The notes beneath the pieces are model-generated. The model was not told the DNA's origin. It did no database searches and was given only the letters and a program-made list of their open reading frames with translations. A DNA stretch of 16,619 bases from Candidatus Thalassarchaeaceae archaeon. GTDB taxonomy: Archaea; Thermoplasmatota; Poseidoniia; Poseidoniales; Thalassarchaeaceae. The first letter of the stretch is position 1. Each line of letters begins with the position of its first letter. This document shows positions 15,378-16,619 of this stretch, one piece after another. The stretch lies in assembly GCA_030747675.1 (NCBI GenBank), contig JASLKH010000011.1, forward strand, positions 1 to 16,619, in the 5' to 3' direction. The position numbers and the translations under genes were made by a program.

Positions 15378-15611
15378 TTAAGCTATGAGACTAAGGGCAA
15401 ACAAAATGGCCCCAGTAATTGCTGCAAATCCAAAAAGAATTACAATCATCGCATGAGGGCCAAATTGATTAGTGTCATTGAACGCGACTTTGAAAATTCC
15501 ACCACTTTTCGTGATACCTTGTAGTAACCCCACGTCATCAGGTTGCTCATCAAAATAGGGCGCAGGGTGGCGTGGGAGGCGTTCCGATTTCAAGATTGCA
15601 TCCTTAGCCAT
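15378..15611 (-). CDS. Small hypothetical membrane protein (C-terminal TM helix)
   Basis: 77 aa filling an intergenic gap, with hydrophobic C-terminus AMIVILFGFAAITGAILFALSLIA. TATA-like GATAAACA starts 29 nt upstream (leaderless geometry). Confidence 0.65.
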   Translation of the reverse strand: MAKDAILKSERLPRHPAPYFDEQPDDVGLLQGITKSGGIFKVAFNDTNQFGPHAMIVILFGFAAITGAILFALSLIA

Positions 15612-15696
15612 GTTACCCGACTAGGGGTCTGGTGTTTATCCATTACGTTGATTATTCTAGCCACATCCATAAGAACCGCGAGCATTAGCGAGAGAT

Positions 15697-16272
15697 ATGC
15701 CTCAATTACCAACCGTCAATGGGTGCATCCATCTTTCAGTTGAAGCCGGGTGTGGCGGGACTACTTTTGCGCTTCAAATAGCAAGAGATAAGCTTGCAAA
15801 TGGTGAACATGTTGTTTGGGTTTGTAATGAAATTCCTGATGGATTGAGAATGTCCCAAATTTATGCGGATGTGTCTCCTGTGGCAGTTTCGAAATTACAT
15901 ATGGCCGCTGTAGGGGACAATGTCATCCAAGGTATTTCTTCAGCCCAGCGGCTGATCCCAGTCCTACAATCACTAGGTCTGATAGTTGTTGATGACTGGG
16001 CTCCAAAATCTGGACGTGTTTCAACAGAAGTTTCTGCCAATATTAGAGAATTAATTGAAAATGCATCGGTAAAAAATACACCATTATTACTTATTTCAGC
16101 AGCCTATGAGGATGCCTCTGGGGAAACAGGATGGAAAGCGAGAGGTGACATTGATGTCTCTACTTGGTTTTTGCACAAATCACAAGATGGTATCTCAAAA
16201 AGAGAATTATTTCATGGAGATTCGATCTCAATTTACGACTTGCTTGAAGAAGGTTTTATTCTTCGTAAGTAA
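15697..16272 (+). CDS. RecA/RadB/KaiC-superfamily P-loop protein with degenerate Walker A
   Basis: 191 aa. IHLSVEAGCGGTTFALQIA…VVWV mirrors the RecA-fold strand-P-loop-helix-strand pattern. Walker B-like LIVVDD, followed by a helix and LLLIS. Confidence 0.7.
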   Translation: MPQLPTVNGCIHLSVEAGCGGTTFALQIARDKLANGEHVVWVCNEIPDGLRMSQIYADVSPVAVSKLHMAAVGDNVIQGISSAQRLIPVLQSLGLIVVDDWAPKSGRVSTEVSANIRELIENASVKNTPLLLISAAYEDASGETGWKARGDIDVSTWFLHKSQDGISKRELFHGDSISIYDLLEEGFILRK

Positions 16273-16507
16273 ATCCCTGAGTTTCTGCTGACTTTTCCAA
16301 AAGGTCTTGCATTTGATCCAATGCATCGTCATCAGGTTCGTCGAATTGAGATGGATTAAGAGCGGCTCCCGATAGCTCGTCTTCACCTGCAATCTTTGGT
16401 TTCTCTTCACTGGAGGAAATATTACGATTGCGTAATTTCCAGATGTAATAGAACATAATCAACGAGGTCGAAATTAAAACTACAGTTCCAATTTGAGTTT
16501 GGTCCAT
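16256..16507 (-). CDS. Small hypothetical single-pass membrane protein with acidic tail
   Basis: 83 aa. N-terminal TM (IGTVVLISTSLIMFYYIW) followed by basic KLRNR and an acidic tail. Overlaps the ATPase-like gene 3' end by 17 nt. Confidence 0.7.
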   Translation of the reverse strand: MDQTQIGTVVLISTSLIMFYYIWKLRNRNISSSEEKPKIAGEDELSGAALNPSQFDEPDDDALDQMQDLLEKSAETQGFTYEE

Positions 16508-16531
16508 ATCCTGACGGATGCACCTGAGTAT

Positions 16532-16618
16532 TCAGACCTTTTCCCGAGAAATTGGTTTAGATAAGTGTCTACGATACTGTGGTGGAGATTCAACCCAGTC
16601 ACTACTTAGACTGTCTGA
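16532..16618 (-). CDS. Possible 3' end of an unidentified gene entering from the right edge (…SDWVESPPQYRRHLSKPISREKV*)
   Basis: Minus-strand frame is open from the edge to TGA at 16534-16532, 24 nt before the next co-oriented ATG. No motif recognised. Confidence 0.35.
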   Translation of the reverse strand, partial: SDSLSSDWVESPPQYRRHLSKPISREKV

Positions 16619-16619
16619 T

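Noticed and set aside
1-16619. tRNA/rRNA genes, CRISPR repeats, transposases, integrases or defence systems
   Set aside because: Intergenic gaps are all under about 160 bp, with no cloverleaf or T-loop motif, no spaced direct repeats and no mobile-element ORFs by eye. tRNAscan-SE and Infernal were not run, so small C/D-box RNAs cannot be excluded.

Overview
Gene-dense archaeal housekeeping region, most consistent with a mesophilic Thermoplasmatota genome. Marine Group II/Poseidoniales-like is an inference from gene content, gene order and protein style, not a tested assignment. Left: minus-strand rps12-rps7-EF-2 cluster, divergent from a plus-strand UbiD-family decarboxylase, TPR protein and Nudix hydrolase. 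Centre: a minus-strand proteasome/exosome superoperon (psmA, SBDS, rrp4, rrp41, rrp42, rpl37Ae, pcc1, pfdB) extended by a DHH/DHHA1 phosphoesterase and an uncharacterised TPR-like protein. Right: diphthine-ammonia ligase (Dph6), purB, and a RecA/KaiC-like protein with a degenerate Walker A flanked by two small single-pass membrane proteins. I saw no rRNA, tRNA, CRISPR array or mobile element, and no clear-cut novel system. The best leads are (i) the nanoRNase-like and TPR-like genes coupled to the exosome operon, (ii) a GC-rich motif at fixed spacing behind TATA-like boxes of several translation and RNA-decay genes, (iii) the pseudo-ATPase/membrane-protein trio, and (iv) a PNSA-to-PNSG change in uS12. 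All of this comes from reading the sequence by eye, with no searches or folding runs.
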